A program made the translations under genes and the position numbers. Below the pieces are notes generated by a model. The model had not been told where the DNA came from. It ran no database searches and worked only from the letters and a program-made list of their open reading frames with translations. 24,823 bases of DNA from Candidatus Micrarchaeia archaeon (GTDB lineage: Archaea > Micrarchaeota > Micrarchaeia > CAILAH01): positions 6,793 to 31,615 of the forward strand of contig JAVYLZ010000006.1 of NCBI GenBank assembly GCA_038740245.1, written 5' to 3'. The number at the start of each line of letters is the position of its first letter. The stretch's first letter is position 1. Positions 24,405 through 24,823 of the stretch are shown here, piece by piece.

Positions 24405-24823
24405 ATGGGAAACAGGGGTTTGGCCTTACTGGCCTTTATGGTCCTCCTTCAGGGAGTGTTTGCTTCATTTTCGGTGGGCGGCTATTCGGTTTCCCCGGAG
24501 CAGGTTGAGCCTGGGGAATACGGCACAATCAGCTTTGTCATAACCAATACAGACCAGTCTTCAGAGGCGCAGTCAATAAAGGTGCTCGTGGACACTACTA
24601 CCCTTATCACGATAAACAGGGAGGTCATAGTCGGGGACCTTGCACCGGGCTCAAGCGCAGCCGTCTCAATACCGTTTGAGGTTTCACGGGGCATAAAAAC
24701 AGGGATTTATCCCATCACAATTGAAGTTTACGGGCAGGTTAGGCAGCCAAACGGCAATTTCGGGACCACCAATAAGGTTATTTCCTCGGTTATAAAGATA
24801 GTTAACCCGCCCGCACTTAAGGT
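24405..24823 (+). CDS. Secreted Ig-like / COG1361 S-layer-domain protein, partial; 3' end runs off the window
   Basis: Not in the ORF track. Hand translation gives MGNRGLALLAFMVLLQGVFA (signal) then SPEQVEPGEYGTISFVITN...VGDLAPGSS...GIYPITIEV, open to the edge. This family typically accompanies archaeal LolD-like ABC systems. Confidence 0.78.
   Translation, partial: MGNRGLALLAFMVLLQGVFASFSVGGYSVSPEQVEPGEYGTISFVITNTDQSSEAQSIKVLVDTTTLITINREVIVGDLAPGSSAAVSIPFEVSRGIKTGIYPITIEVYGQVRQPNGNFGTTNKVISSVIKIVNPPALK

Noticed and set aside
1..24823. CRISPR array, rRNA or defence genes
   Set aside because: No regularly spaced repeats, rRNA-like stretches or recognisable defence proteins were seen.

Overview
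Archaeal chromosomal window, most consistent with a DPANN (Micrarchaeota-like) genome. This rests on archaeal-type proS, uL1/P0/P1, thermosome, class III signal-peptide pilins, TATA/SD signals and very compact intergenic spaces; the lineage itself is inferred. Left third: a partial PGI/PMI gene, thrC and a type IV/Tad-like pilus locus with no prepilin peptidase in the window. The locus has a rightward arm (assembly ATPase, two TadC-like proteins, a separately expressed major pilin) and a leftward arm (KaiC-like ATPase plus five low-GC pilin-like genes, one a large multi-Ig-repeat adhesin). Middle: a tRNA/translation neighbourhood with tsaC, a membrane protein, tRNA-Arg, EamA, proS, archease, rpl1-rpl10-rpl12, DRG GTPase, trmI and rtcB. 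Right: PrsW protease, thermosome, and a GbsR/MarR regulator-ABC ATPase-COG1361 unit. The best signals are absent from the ORF track: (1) a tRNA-Arg(GCG) gene split by two introns, one at 37/38 and a 103-nt highly structured one in the T-loop; (2) a circularly permuted L1-binding operator covering the rpl1 Shine-Dalgarno; (3) GC-rich multi-helix RNA elements flanking rpl12; (4) a compositionally distinct minor-pilin/adhesin cassette. All counts and pairings were done by eye.
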